Made by a program: the position numbers and the translations under genes. A stretch of DNA of 64,000 bases, from NCBI RefSeq assembly GCF_036365525.1, contig NC_090403.1, forward strand, positions 26,173,461-26,237,460, read 5' to 3'. Source of the stretch: Heterodontus francisci (taxonomy: Eukaryota). Shown piece by piece: positions 62,843 through 64,000 of this stretch. Numbering within the stretch: the first letter of the stretch is position 1; the number at the start of each line of letters is the position of its first letter. The notes below the pieces were generated by a model, which saw nothing but the letters and a program-made list of their open reading frames with translations, was not told where the DNA came from and ran no database searches.

Positions 62843-63680
62843 TGTGACAGAAACCACACCTGCCAAATGGAAGCATATGGAACACTATTTGAACATTTAC
62901 TGTACATTGAACATTATTTGTTTAAAAAGACCACAGAGCTGAATGGCTGAAAACAGAGCTGCACATTTGCATTCTGAAAGACATAGAGAGACAATGGGAG
63001 TCCTCCCTGATTTAATTAGCCAGATGGATTTTGTCAACAGTGATGTTCAAAAGACATTGAGAGTCATTGTCTGTGTAAGAGCCAAAGTTCCACCAACCCC
63101 ACCGAGTGTGTCTCGTAAGCTTTGAAGAATCAACAATCCTCACAGGCGATGCTGTTTCAAACAAAGAGCTGGTCACATGACTAACCTGCTGTCCAACCTG
63201 GGAATTGGTTGAATTGTGCCTCACAGAAAAGTTTTGGGCAGACTGCAATTTTGAAGACCAAAGAGAAGAAAGGTCTCTCTCTCTTTCTCTGTGACGCAAA
63301 ATTCCAGGGACCTATGGAAGCAACTTAAGCCTCAAGACAGAAGACCTCTGCAGCCTTCTGGTACCAGCGAAACAGGTTTGAAAGTGTGCATTGGGCCCCG
63401 AGAACTGCAAGACTTAACTTCAATCAAAGACTTTACATCCAACCCAAAAACAGTAACTGAATTCCATCTACTACTCCAAACCTTCTCCCTTTAATTCTTT
63501 CTCCTCCTCTTTATCTATTTATTTGTGTGTTTATCGCGTATGTATGCTAGTATGGTTATGACACGGGTTCACTAAGGTGAAGCTAAAACACAGTGTTTTA
63601 AAAAGTTAAACCCTGTTATGGCCAAACCAGGAAAGGGGTGAGAGGGGAGCCTGAGACCCCTTCCACACCCAGTCGTAACA
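62843..63680 (+). mobile_element. Solo LTR
   Basis: TGTGAC...GTAACA termini with a perfect 4-bp TSD ACAT (62839-62842 / 63681-63684). Confidence 0.8.
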
Positions 63681-64000
63681 ACATCTTCACCGCCAGGTGA
63701 GCCCCACATGCTGGTCCACACCACAAATGGTTACATTTTACTTCTGAACAGAAACACAGAAGATATTAACAAAGGCCTCACAGCATAACAATAATATAAG
63801 AGTTATCCAAATGCCTTACGTTCCTCCAGATCCATCTTTTGTTTCTTTACTTCACCCATTATCATCCCTTTTGCCATTTAATCTCTCCTACCTTCCACCC
63901 TATCTTCCATTTTGGTCTTTCCTCCCCTCCCTTCTTTCCCTGCCTCTGTGCTTGCTTAAAACATATTACATCACCAACTTTTTTCAGTTCTGATGATCTG

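Overview
Vertebrate genomic DNA, almost certainly from a cartilaginous fish (shark-type HE1/V-SINEs, Deu-domain SINEs, abundant CR1 LINEs). The window is a type I interferon (IFN1) gene cluster. I built six IFN1 copies by hand, each on a plan of 4 coding exons with phase-0 introns, falling into two subfamilies. Subfamily A has a divergent minus-strand gene (2339-3525; open exons but a GT>GA intron-2 donor) and a decayed plus-strand paralog (~55964-56700). Subfamily B has three intact plus-strand genes with identical mature proteins (9291-10761, 17896-19366, 26500-27970), carried on a ~8.6 kb tandem triplication, plus a minus-strand pseudogene (~43400-44829). The order <-A B-> B-> B-> ... <-psiB psiA-> suggests a head-to-head A/B pair that was duplicated in inverted orientation; one pair then died and the B gene of the other was amplified. 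Other points of interest are candidate non-coding 5' leader exons with a splice acceptor conserved 29 nt before the ATG, a compact IRF/CRE/kB-like promoter, a strongly cationic helix in B, a copy-specific early poly(A) signal, and readable duplication breakpoints. The rest is mostly decayed transposons (CR1/L2, Harbinger, Penelope, solo LTRs). All gene models and alignments were made by eye; no database searches were run.
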